A DNA stretch of 27,809 nt, from NCBI GenBank assembly GCA_964552335.1, contig CAZKGC010000001.1, forward strand, positions 1-27,809. Reading direction: 5' to 3'. The notes under the pieces were generated by a model. It made no database searches. It had not been told where the DNA came from and saw only the letters and a list, made by a program, of their open reading frames with translations. The first letter of the stretch is position 1, and each line of letters starts with the position of its first letter. Origin of the DNA: Candidatus Hadarchaeota archaeon (GTDB lineage: Archaea; Hadarchaeota; Hadarchaeia; Hadarchaeales; Hadarchaeaceae). Of the stretch, positions 16,919 through 24,299 are shown piece after piece. The position numbers and the translations under genes were made by a program.

Positions 16919-18502
16919 TTATAATTGGGCAACATCCTCGACCCAGGCGAACTTCCGCTGGAGAGTCGTGGGATAGATATTCTTCCAATCGTACCCGAGT
17001 TCCTTCGCCCACTTCGCGTAGATGCGGGGGTCGATGTAGGACTTGAGCGATGTCCCGAGGTTGTAGTCGCGTGTGGCCTTTGCGAGCTTCACCTTGATTT
17101 CGGCCGCCTCTATCCTCTTCAGCAGGGACTCTATTCTCTTAGCGCGCATCTTGGATGGGGACTTTTTTCTAACCTCTCTCAGTTGCGCCTTCAGGGCCTT
17201 CAGCCTTTCCTCCTTCTTCCTCAGGGATTCTTCCCAGTTCTTCGGCAGCTTTCGCTTGTGGTTGCAGGTGACCGCCGCCTCAAGGTTCGCCATGGTCGCC
17301 GTGTACTTTTTCTTGAACTCTGGGTCCTCTGGCCGGAGTTCATCTTTCGCCAAGTAGTCCCTCACCACTTTTGACGCGTGGTACGTCCTGAAGACCTTCG
17401 CCGTGAGCCAAGGCATCACCTTCCCCAAAAAAGCATTGACCATCTCAGAGCGCACCCCGGAGAAAACTGGTTCTCTAGGTTTCCCGATAAATGACTTCAG
17501 GTTATTCACGACCTGCGGCGGAGGCTTAATGGTTTTGACCCATCTCACCGAGTCCTTGCCCAAAAAATCGAACTTCACGTTTCCCGACTCGTCTATCCCG
17601 ATGTGCGAGCCCCTGAGGGTGACAGCACCAACCGTGTCGGCCTCGTCCTTGTCCTTCTCGTCTCCAACCCTCAGCTTCAGGGCGTCTATCAGGTACGCGA
17701 CCGTTGCCACTTTCCGCTTGGTGATGTCGTCTGAAGTTAGGTTCATCTCTATGTGGCGCCTTACTTTTTCGACAAGCTGCTCAAGCTCCAAGGCCTCTTT
17801 GAACTTTATGATCTCACGCTCCTGCTTGAAGCGCGCGCTGTCGGCTATCCATACATACTTCATCTTCCCCGTGAGCTTGTCCCGCCATTTTGCAACCCAG
17901 AGGGCTCTTGGGTCGAACTCTCTGCCACCCCACTCGTTTCCATCTGGTGCCTTGGGGGTCGGAGCGTCAGGTGACAGGTTGAGGATGATGTCCCTGTAGC
18001 TGACCCTCGGCTTCCACCTCCCCCTGAGCGGGTGCTCGCCGCGCCCCATGAAGATGCAGGGAGGCTCGACCGTGTAGTTGCCTATCTCCACGCGCTCGCC
18101 GTTGAGGATTACGTATCCGTACTTCTCCCTGTTTGCCTCCCTGAGTTTCTTCCTAGCCTCGGCCAGCCTCTTCTTCTCCTCGCGCGACATGCCTTCCTTT
18201 TTGACCTTTTCCTCCCCGACCCAGCGCTGAATCTCCGAGAAATCGAAGTCCTCTATCTTAGAGGAGGGGTCGACTCCAAGCGCCTTCGAGAAGTCACCCA
18301 CGAAATTTTTTATGAAGACTGGATCCTTCACGTAGTCCGTCCCAAGCTTCTTTACCCAAGCCAAAGCCATCTCTTCTTGTTCTGGCGTCAGAGAGAGCTT
18401 CGTTCCCCTGTATTTTATTGCAAAACCTTGTGGTTCGCAGGATGGGATGAGGACCCCGTTGTGGGCAAGCTGCGTTATCTTTGGTGGTTCCGACATGGGC
18501 AT
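16919..18502 (-). CDS. DNA topoisomerase IB, large eukaryote-like type
   Basis: FMGRGEHPLRG, KYVW, LKLRVGDEK, FDFLGKDSV, AKVFRTY, CNHKR, a coiled-coil linker and LGTSLKSYIDPR. All five catalytic residues (R, K, R, H, Y) are present. Start is 18502 or 18496. Confidence 0.95.
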   Translation of the reverse strand: MPMSEPPKITQLAHNGVLIPSCEPQGFAIKYRGTKLSLTPEQEEMALAWVKKLGTDYVKDPVFIKNFVGDFSKALGVDPSSKIEDFDFSEIQRWVGEEKVKKEGMSREEKKRLAEARKKLREANREKYGYVILNGERVEIGNYTVEPPCIFMGRGEHPLRGRWKPRVSYRDIILNLSPDAPTPKAPDGNEWGGREFDPRALWVAKWRDKLTGKMKYVWIADSARFKQEREIIKFKEALELEQLVEKVRRHIEMNLTSDDITKRKVATVAYLIDALKLRVGDEKDKDEADTVGAVTLRGSHIGIDESGNVKFDFLGKDSVRWVKTIKPPPQVVNNLKSFIGKPREPVFSGVRSEMVNAFLGKVMPWLTAKVFRTYHASKVVRDYLAKDELRPEDPEFKKKYTATMANLEAAVTCNHKRKLPKNWEESLRKKEERLKALKAQLREVRKKSPSKMRAKRIESLLKRIEAAEIKVKLAKATRDYNLGTSLKSYIDPRIYAKWAKELGYDWKNIYPTTLQRKFAWVEDVAQL

Positions 18503-18599
18503 CGTTCTAAATCATTTGTTTCCGTTAAAATACCTAGACTATCCCAGTTTGAGATCCGCGTGATTTCTATTTAGGACACTACATCAAGCAATTTTCTTT

Positions 18600-18615
18600 C
18601 GAAAAACTTTATTAC
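18600..18615 (+). promoter_or_regulatory. BRE/TATA-like promoter (CGAAAAAC-TTTATTA) with no protein gene downstream
   Basis: Purine-rich BRE followed by TTTATTA at 18608-18614, about 25 nt before the structured segment starting at ~18640. Confidence 0.55.
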
Positions 18616-18638
18616 ATGAAGGCGACACAACCACTAAT

Positions 18639-18850
18639 TGCGAGGAGAAAGCCGGCAAATAAGGCTGAACCTTGTCCAAGGACAAGGGTGATTCATGGAA
18701 AAACTCAGCGCAGCTGGGGAAGGCCGTGAATAAGGCGCGTGGAGGTATGCGCTAAAGCTGAGTTGCTGGAAAAAGACCTCATGACGAAAAGCGCGGTAGG
18801 GAAACCGAACCGCCGCGGAGTAGTCGCGTGGTCGAATCCTCGCACCTTTT
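18639..18850 (+). ncRNA. Candidate structured non-coding RNA (~205 nt), family unrecognised
   Basis: The ends pair perfectly (TGCGAGGA 18639-46 / TCCTCGCA 18837-44), with at least six internal helices, A-rich linkers, a GAAA tetraloop, an upstream promoter and a downstream TTTT. Folded by eye. Confidence 0.65.
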
Positions 18851-18873
18851 ACATGGAAAAATTTGAACTAAAA

Positions 18874-20211
18874 TTAGAGCGCATGCAGCAGCCTTTGGAC
18901 TTCCCAATCCGTGACCTGAGACTTGTACTCGTTCCACTCCTGACCCTTGATATACAGGAAGTGATCGAATAGATGCTCCCCAAGTGCCTCTCGAACCAAC
19001 TTGCTTTGACGCATGTAGTCAAGCGCCTGGCCGAGGTTCTCCGGGAGGGATCCTATGCCAAATGTCTCTCGCTCCTCCGCGCTCATGCGGTAGATGTCCT
19101 TCTCCACAGGCTCCGGAGGCTCGATCTTTTCCTCAATTCCCTTCAGCCCCGCCGCGAGCATCACCGTGAACTGTAAATATGGGTTCCCAGCGGGGTCTGG
19201 GTTCCGGAGCTCGACCCGCGTCCGCACTTCCCTCCCCGCCGGCACTCTGATGAAGGCGCTTCGGTTGCGGTTCGCCCAAGAAATGTAGACTGGTGCTTCA
19301 TACCCTGGCACTAACCTCTTGTAGGAATTGACCGAGGACGCCAGCACCGCGCAGATATCCTTGGCGTACTTCATCAAACCCCCGATGTAGTAGAGCGCGT
19401 CCTTGCTGAGCTTATAAGATCCCTTCGGGTCGTAGAAAACGCTCTTGCCCTGAGGGGTTATCAGCGACTGGTGGACATGCATCCCGGAGCCGTTGATGCC
19501 GAAGATGGGTTTGGGCATGAATGTCGCGTAGAGCCCGTGCTTGTAGGCTATGGTCTTCGTGACGTACTTCATCATCGCCACGCGGTCGGCCGAAATCATC
19601 GCATCCGCATATTTCAGGTCGATCTCGTGCTGCCCGGGAGCGACCTCGTGGTGTGAAGCCTCGACTTCAAAACCCATCGCGCTTAGATAAGTCACGATTT
19701 CTTTTCGGAGATTGTCCCCTCGGTCGCGCATCAGGTCAAAGTACCCCCCAAAGTCGGAGGGCTTGGTCGTGGGGCTGCCATTCTCGTCCAGCGTCAGGAG
19801 GAAGAATTCGTACTCCGGGGCTGTGTTGAAGATCCAGCCCTTCTTCCGGGCCAGCCCCATGATATTTTCGAGCGCTGCTCTTGGGTCTCCCTCAAACCGA
19901 CTGCCCTCGTGGTCATAAACATCGCACACTATCCGCGCGGTCTTCAGATCGTCTTGAGACCAGGGAACCGCGACAAACGTGCTCGGATCCGGCTTAAGGC
20001 GCATGTCAGACTCCTCGATCGTGGCGTAACCCAGCACCGAGGAGCCATCAAAGAAAATTCCCTCATCAAAAGCCTTCTCGAGTCTCGCGGCCGGAATCGT
20101 AACGTTCTTGACCGTGCCAAGGATGTCCATAAACTGCATCTGAATGAACTTGATTCCCTCTTTCTTCACCGCCTGCATTATCTCCTGCTCGGAAACCACT
20201 TCGACCCCCAC
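18874..20211 (-). CDS. glnA: Glutamine synthetase type I (GSI-alpha-like)
   Basis: FDGSS, PEYEFF, HHEVAPGQHEI, TFMPKP, NGSGMHVHQS, NSYKRLVPGYEAP, NRSAFIRVP, RVELRNPD. The track ATG at 20232 overlaps the TATA box, so GTG 20211 or 20199 is more likely. Confidence 0.96.
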   Translation of the reverse strand: MGVEVVSEQEIMQAVKKEGIKFIQMQFMDILGTVKNVTIPAARLEKAFDEGIFFDGSSVLGYATIEESDMRLKPDPSTFVAVPWSQDDLKTARIVCDVYDHEGSRFEGDPRAALENIMGLARKKGWIFNTAPEYEFFLLTLDENGSPTTKPSDFGGYFDLMRDRGDNLRKEIVTYLSAMGFEVEASHHEVAPGQHEIDLKYADAMISADRVAMMKYVTKTIAYKHGLYATFMPKPIFGINGSGMHVHQSLITPQGKSVFYDPKGSYKLSKDALYYIGGLMKYAKDICAVLASSVNSYKRLVPGYEAPVYISWANRNRSAFIRVPAGREVRTRVELRNPDPAGNPYLQFTVMLAAGLKGIEEKIEPPEPVEKDIYRMSAEERETFGIGSLPENLGQALDYMRQSKLVREALGEHLFDHFLYIKGQEWNEYKSQVTDWEVQRLLHAL

Positions 20212-20249
20212 CCATCTCCTCGCGCGTAACATTTATACTTGGCGCTAAT

Positions 20250-20267
20250 TGTATGGTGAAGAATACA
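20250..20267. promoter_or_regulatory. TGTAT-N8-ATACA inverted repeat upstream of the glnA TATA box
   Basis: Perfect 5-bp arms just upstream (on the minus strand) of TATAAAT at ~20231-20237. Confidence 0.3.
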
Positions 20268-20279
20268 CGTGGGCTGACA

Positions 20280-20651
20280 TCATTCCTCGTTCTCCTCCGC
20301 TATTGCCCTACCAGCGTAAAGATCGTGTATGGTCACTCTTATACGGCCGTCGGTTAGAGTTAACTTAAAACTTAGATACTCGCATGCGTAGTTCTCGTTT
20401 AGTTCATTTTCGAAAACGGGGATGCGGGCTTCGCCCATGTTCTGAGCTTGAGACCACACGAGATAAGCGAGGTGCAACATCCGACCGTAACGGGGGACTA
20501 CGCCGGCGTCGAGCTTGACCCCGTAAGCTCTCGCCCCCATCACATGCATGAAGCTAGCGTCAAGATACCCGGAGGCGCGAAGGCTGCCATCAGGGAGCCA
20601 CACGAGCACGAGGGAGTTTTCATCGCTGGGGGGCACATAGATGTTTGCCAA
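20280..20651 (-). CDS. Hypothetical protein, 123 aa
   Basis: Fills the glnA-pilin gap with no competing gene, has protein-like composition and a TTG start. No recognisable motif. Confidence 0.5.
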   Translation of the reverse strand: MANIYVPPSDENSLVLVWLPDGSLRASGYLDASFMHVMGARAYGVKLDAGVVPRYGRMLHLAYLVWSQAQNMGEARIPVFENELNENYACEYLSFKLTLTDGRIRVTIHDLYAGRAIAEENEE

Positions 20652-20766
20652 TAAAAACCTTGAAGAGCTGAGAAGGGTCGTTGGAGGGCAAATTTAGACC
20701 TACAGCGCGACAAAATCAGATAAGGTTTAAATAAAGCGGGTTAATATCTTTAAGAGGTGAAAACTA

Positions 20767-21240
20767 ATGAGAAGAGACTCAACCGGCGTTTCTCCCGTTA
20801 TCGCAACGATATTGCTGATAGCTATAACAGTGATCGCCATTGGTGTAGTGATGGTATTCGTCAGTGGACTTGGCAGACCAACACCTCCTTTGAGTGCGAT
20901 CATCTCGGTGAGAAATGCCACAAGAAACAGCACAAAGCTAACAATAGAGCACACCGGTGGGGACCCGATAAGGGATGCGTTCTGCGGGAAAGCAGTTGAT
21001 AATCATGTCATAACAAGTGATAATTGGATAAACCTTGAAGTAATGATTAACGGTGGATTAGTTACCACTACAGAAGACAAGACAAAGTTTAACAACGTCT
21101 TGATAGACAACAACACGTATGACTTCACAGTCGGAAACATCCTATTGCTCGAGAAGATTACGGCTTTGAATTCCGGCGATGTGATAACGATAATCTACAC
21201 GCCCGCTAGCCAAGAAATCGCAAGAGTGACGGTATCTTAG
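20767..21240 (+). CDS. Archaeal type IV pilin (Pilin_N/DUF1628-type N-terminus)
   Basis: Class III signal peptide MRRDSTG|VSPVIATILLIAITV, GAGGTGA RBS, TTTAAATA box upstream, and the HTGGD motif typical of these pilins. Confidence 0.88.
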   Translation: MRRDSTGVSPVIATILLIAITVIAIGVVMVFVSGLGRPTPPLSAIISVRNATRNSTKLTIEHTGGDPIRDAFCGKAVDNHVITSDNWINLEVMINGGLVTTTEDKTKFNNVLIDNNTYDFTVGNILLLEKITALNSGDVITIIYTPASQEIARVTVS

Positions 21241-21264
21241 TCTTAAAAAGCAACGAAAGCCAAA

Positions 21265-21375
21265 CGCCGTGGGAAGACCTCTCTCGCCCCAGTCAGTTCC
21301 CTGAGGCGCGGGAGTTGGTCAACTGGCCTAGCAAGGGGCTCTCATCTAACTGAGCACGGCGCTAGTGTATTTTTT
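21265..21375 (+). other. GC-rich structured intergenic element ending in a T-run (terminator/attenuator-like)
   Basis: CGCCGTG 21265-71 / CACGGCG 21355-61, GCCCC 21286-90 / GGGGC 21335-39, and CAGTTCCC 21294-301 / GGGAGTTG 21310-17 (two G.U pairs), followed by TATTTTTT. Confidence 0.4.
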
Positions 21376-21397
21376 AGATACGACAAGATAGTAAAAT

Positions 21398-24274
21398 ATG
21401 GATTTTATGCCCCGCAGAGGTGAAAAATATCCTATTGGAGAAAAAGGCGTCTCCGAAGTCGTGGGCGTTATCTTAATCATAGGGCTGATAGTGGCCGTGT
21501 TTGCCACATTTTACCCGATCTGGAGGCAAACAGAGATACGCAAGCTAGAAGCCGAACACATGAACGCAATCAGAAACAGTTTTTCGGACTTAAAATCGAT
21601 GATTGGAGAGTTGGAGGCTGGCGATTCGAGCAGCATTAACCTAAAGCTCGGCCGCAACACGATCGGATTCGGCCCGGACTCCCAGCAGGCTGGTGCCCTC
21701 TCTGTATCCCCCGCCAACCTGAAAACGATAAGGCTCTACCCAATTGACGACGCATACGTAGTCGAAAACCTGCCGCAAAGCAGGTTCGGGGAAAATACCT
21801 CGCTCTGGGTGGCGAGCAGGAGGGACAATAACAAACGAACATTCCTGAAGTTCTCGCTGGAAAGCATCCCAACAGGCACCATGATCCTGAAAGCCGACCT
21901 CTGGCTCTACTGCGATGGTTATGGGTCCCCCACGAGGGAGGTGACAGATGTCCGGTGCTACTCGGTCGACAATGATGATTGGTTGGAAAGCAATTTGGCC
22001 TGGGAAAATCAACCCCCCATGGAAAATGCCCTCGACAGCCTCTATGTCGGCGGAGCCGGTTGGATTTCCTTGACTGCGAAGGATTTCGCGGCCAAAGAGA
22101 TCATTGGAAATAAAATCGTCAGTCTGGGATTGAGGATGAGACAGGAAAATTACGATAACACCGAGAGGTACATCAACTTCTCCTCTAAGGAAGCTACGGG
22201 CAACAGGCCGTACTTAGAGGTGGTATACGCGGTGGGTCCGGGCAGTTCTCAGTGGCCCGTTCAGAGCGAAACCGTATACGAGGGCGGGACGACGGGAATC
22301 TCTGGGGCACAGCATGACGACGGGGTCTACGAGAACATCTTCGAGAACGCCTACCAGTTGCGGTCGCTGTCCTATGTTTCGGGCGAGAACGTGTACGAGG
22401 GGGGAACTAGCAACTTCTCATACGCACAAGCCGATGATGGGAACTATGAAAACATCTTCGAGAACGCCTACCGGTTGTCTATAGCTTTTGATGCTGTTGG
22501 CTCAGGAAGTAACGGCGGTGGTTCAACAACTATTTCGTGGAGTCATACAACTGGTTCTGGTTCAAACATGATTATGGTAGTGGGAGTCGCTATCAAAACA
22601 ACGAGTGTTAGTGTCAGCAGTATTACCTATGGTAGTCAGAGCTTAACATTTATCAGAAGTGATACGGTCGGCACAAGCGAAAGGACTGAACTATGGTATC
22701 TAGTTGCGCCCATTTCTGGAACAGCCAGGGTCACGGTAAACCTTTCGGGTTCTTCAAAAGCTGTTGGTGGGAGCATGACCTATACTGGAGTTGCTCAGAC
22801 ATCGCCAATTGATGCTAACAACGGAGCCACAGGAACTGGAACTTCAGCTTCAGTAAGTGTTACAGTCAATACCGACCAAAGTTGGTTGGTTGGAGTAGTT
22901 GGGATTCCGTCTTCTAGTACAACTATTACTGATGGGGCTAGTCAGAATTACCGCTGGGACCAGGTAGGCTCTGGTGGTGGCCCAGGCGCAAGAGGTCATG
23001 GGCATGGAAGCGATAACGGACCAGTTGGAACTGGAAGCAGGCCCCTCTCTTGGACTCTCAGCGATTCTTACGATTGGGCGGCTTCAGTAGTAGCAATTAA
23101 ACCAGCCACCTTCTACCGCGAGAACGTCCAGCACAACATCACGGGCATCCCAGCTGCCGACAACTACCAGCTCCAGATCAAGTACTACACGGCCGGAGAC
23201 TCGGAGAACGTCAGCGTCTACCTCTACAATTTTTCCACCTCTGGCTGGGACAACAAAGGCAATATCGGAGGCGGAAGCGCGGCGAGTCCAAATACACCTA
23301 CCTACGACCTCACGGGCACCAACTACATTTCGGGTGGAGCGGTTCAAGTCCGCTACGTTCAGCCAGACAACGACAGAACGCAGACCAGTCTGATGGTGGA
23401 CTATACCCGTATTGCCGCTCCCTTCTACCGCGAGAACGTCCAGCACGACATCACCGGTATTCCAGCCGCCGACAACTACAGACTCCAAATCAAGTACTAT
23501 ACGACTGGCGACTCTGAGGCGGTCAGCGTTTACATCGAGAACTTCATAAGTGGTAACTGGGACAACCTTGGCAACATTCAGGGCGGGAGCGCGGCGAACC
23601 CAAAGCTATTCACCTATAGTCTAACGGGCACGAACTACATCTCAAGCTCTGGCTCACCCTCTGGAGAAAACGTTTACATCCGCTACGTTCAGCCCGACAA
23701 CGACTTCACTCGGACCAGCCTGATGGTGAACTACTGCCGGGCCGAGACTGAAACGATGGTGGAGATCGGGGCTTCAACATACGGCACCGTTAAACTCGAC
23801 GTGACGAACGAGTTCTACCCCAGCCAGACCTACGTTTACGAGGGGGGAGGGATAATCATGATCCAAGATGGGGTTGACCTCATGGCCTCAGAGCCCACGG
23901 TGGTGACGGCATCCGATGCTGGGGGTGGGAGCCTCATCCGAGTGGATGTCAACTTCTCAGTGGTCGAAAATAGGGAGACCTCGACCGCCTCAACCGGCAC
24001 GATGACAATTCACGCTTCATGTAAAAGCTCACGCTATGTTGTGACCCCGGTGGATGTTCCCAACCGTGAGAACGTCGTCGTAACAATTTCATCCATATAC
24101 AACAACGCCTGGAGCAAATATCTGCAAAACCTGTGCGATGATCTAAACACCAAGGGGTACAACGCAAGCTTTGACGGACTGACGCTCACGATTTTAGGAA
24201 AGAACACGGGACCAGGCGTGAAGGACATCTACTACTACGAAAAGCTCAGGGAGATCGAAGTTTTCGCCGCGTAG
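21398..24274 (+). CDS. Large pilin-like surface protein/adhesin: class III signal, split pilin-like body, DNRLRE/CBM96-like domain and nested repeats
   Basis: EKG|VSEVVGVILIIGLIV N-terminus; PIDDAYV...RTFLKFSL..IP....ADLWLY...W.ESNLAWENQP...RPYLEV module; duplicated A and B segments; C-terminal NEFYPSQTYVYEGGGII region. Confidence 0.8.
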   Translation: MDFMPRRGEKYPIGEKGVSEVVGVILIIGLIVAVFATFYPIWRQTEIRKLEAEHMNAIRNSFSDLKSMIGELEAGDSSSINLKLGRNTIGFGPDSQQAGALSVSPANLKTIRLYPIDDAYVVENLPQSRFGENTSLWVASRRDNNKRTFLKFSLESIPTGTMILKADLWLYCDGYGSPTREVTDVRCYSVDNDDWLESNLAWENQPPMENALDSLYVGGAGWISLTAKDFAAKEIIGNKIVSLGLRMRQENYDNTERYINFSSKEATGNRPYLEVVYAVGPGSSQWPVQSETVYEGGTTGISGAQHDDGVYENIFENAYQLRSLSYVSGENVYEGGTSNFSYAQADDGNYENIFENAYRLSIAFDAVGSGSNGGGSTTISWSHTTGSGSNMIMVVGVAIKTTSVSVSSITYGSQSLTFIRSDTVGTSERTELWYLVAPISGTARVTVNLSGSSKAVGGSMTYTGVAQTSPIDANNGATGTGTSASVSVTVNTDQSWLVGVVGIPSSSTTITDGASQNYRWDQVGSGGGPGARGHGHGSDNGPVGTGSRPLSWTLSDSYDWAASVVAIKPATFYRENVQHNITGIPAADNYQLQIKYYTAGDSENVSVYLYNFSTSGWDNKGNIGGGSAASPNTPTYDLTGTNYISGGAVQVRYVQPDNDRTQTSLMVDYTRIAAPFYRENVQHDITGIPAADNYRLQIKYYTTGDSEAVSVYIENFISGNWDNLGNIQGGSAANPKLFTYSLTGTNYISSSGSPSGENVYIRYVQPDNDFTRTSLMVNYCRAETETMVEIGASTYGTVKLDVTNEFYPSQTYVYEGGGIIMIQDGVDLMASEPTVVTASDAGGGSLIRVDVNFSVVENRETSTASTGTMTIHASCKSSRYVVTPVDVPNRENVVVTISSIYNNAWSKYLQNLCDDLNTKGYNASFDGLTLTILGKNTGPGVKDIYYYEKLREIEVFAA
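22268..22477 (+). repeat. Tandem 39-aa-period repeat A1/A2 (E.VYEGGT.....AQ.DDG.YENIFENAY.L)
   Basis: A1 is 22268-22360 and A2 is 22385-22477. They share an identical 22-nt stretch AACATCTTCGAGAACGCCTACC (22334-55 and 22451-72). Confidence 0.9.
23111..23746 (+). repeat. Tandem 104-aa-period repeat B (FYRENVQH.ITGIPAADNY...RYVQPDND.T.TSLMV.Y.R)
   Basis: Copies start at 23111 and 23423. They share an identical 25-nt stretch CTTCTACCGCGAGAACGTCCAGCAC (23110-34 and 23422-46). Confidence 0.9.
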
Positions 24275-24299
24275 TCGGCTTTTTCATCTCTTCTGAAAG

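Noticed and set aside
18695-18755. Tiny ORFs with good RBSs (MEKLSAAGEGRE* after GGGTGA; MR* after GGAGGT) and the 77-aa track ORF 18739-18972
   Set aside because: Too short or motif-free, embedded in helices of the candidate RNA, and the 77-aa ORF overlaps the glnA end. A leader-peptide role is not excluded but is unsupported.
18640-18845. Resemblance of the candidate RNA to RNase P, c-di-AMP (GGUAGGG..CCGAA), cobalamin or glycine riboswitch fragments
   Set aside because: Only isolated short words match. Required elements such as RNase P CR-V/P4 and the riboswitch 3-prime conserved blocks are absent, and there is no downstream gene on that strand.
18826-18846. tRNA T-arm-like GGTCGAATCC
   Set aside because: Six-nt loop, mismatched stem, no D/anticodon arms or acceptor partner; the segment is better explained as the closing stem of the larger fold.
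21265-21361. H/ACA or C/D guide RNA interpretation of the pilin spacer
   Set aside because: No ACA tail after the basal stem on either strand and no proper C/D box pair.
22268-23746. Direct repeats as CRISPR, DGR template/variable repeats or IS ends
   Set aside because: The repeats are in-frame protein duplications with synonymous-type differences. There is no spacer array, reverse transcriptase, adenine-specific mismatch pattern, transposase or integrase in the window.
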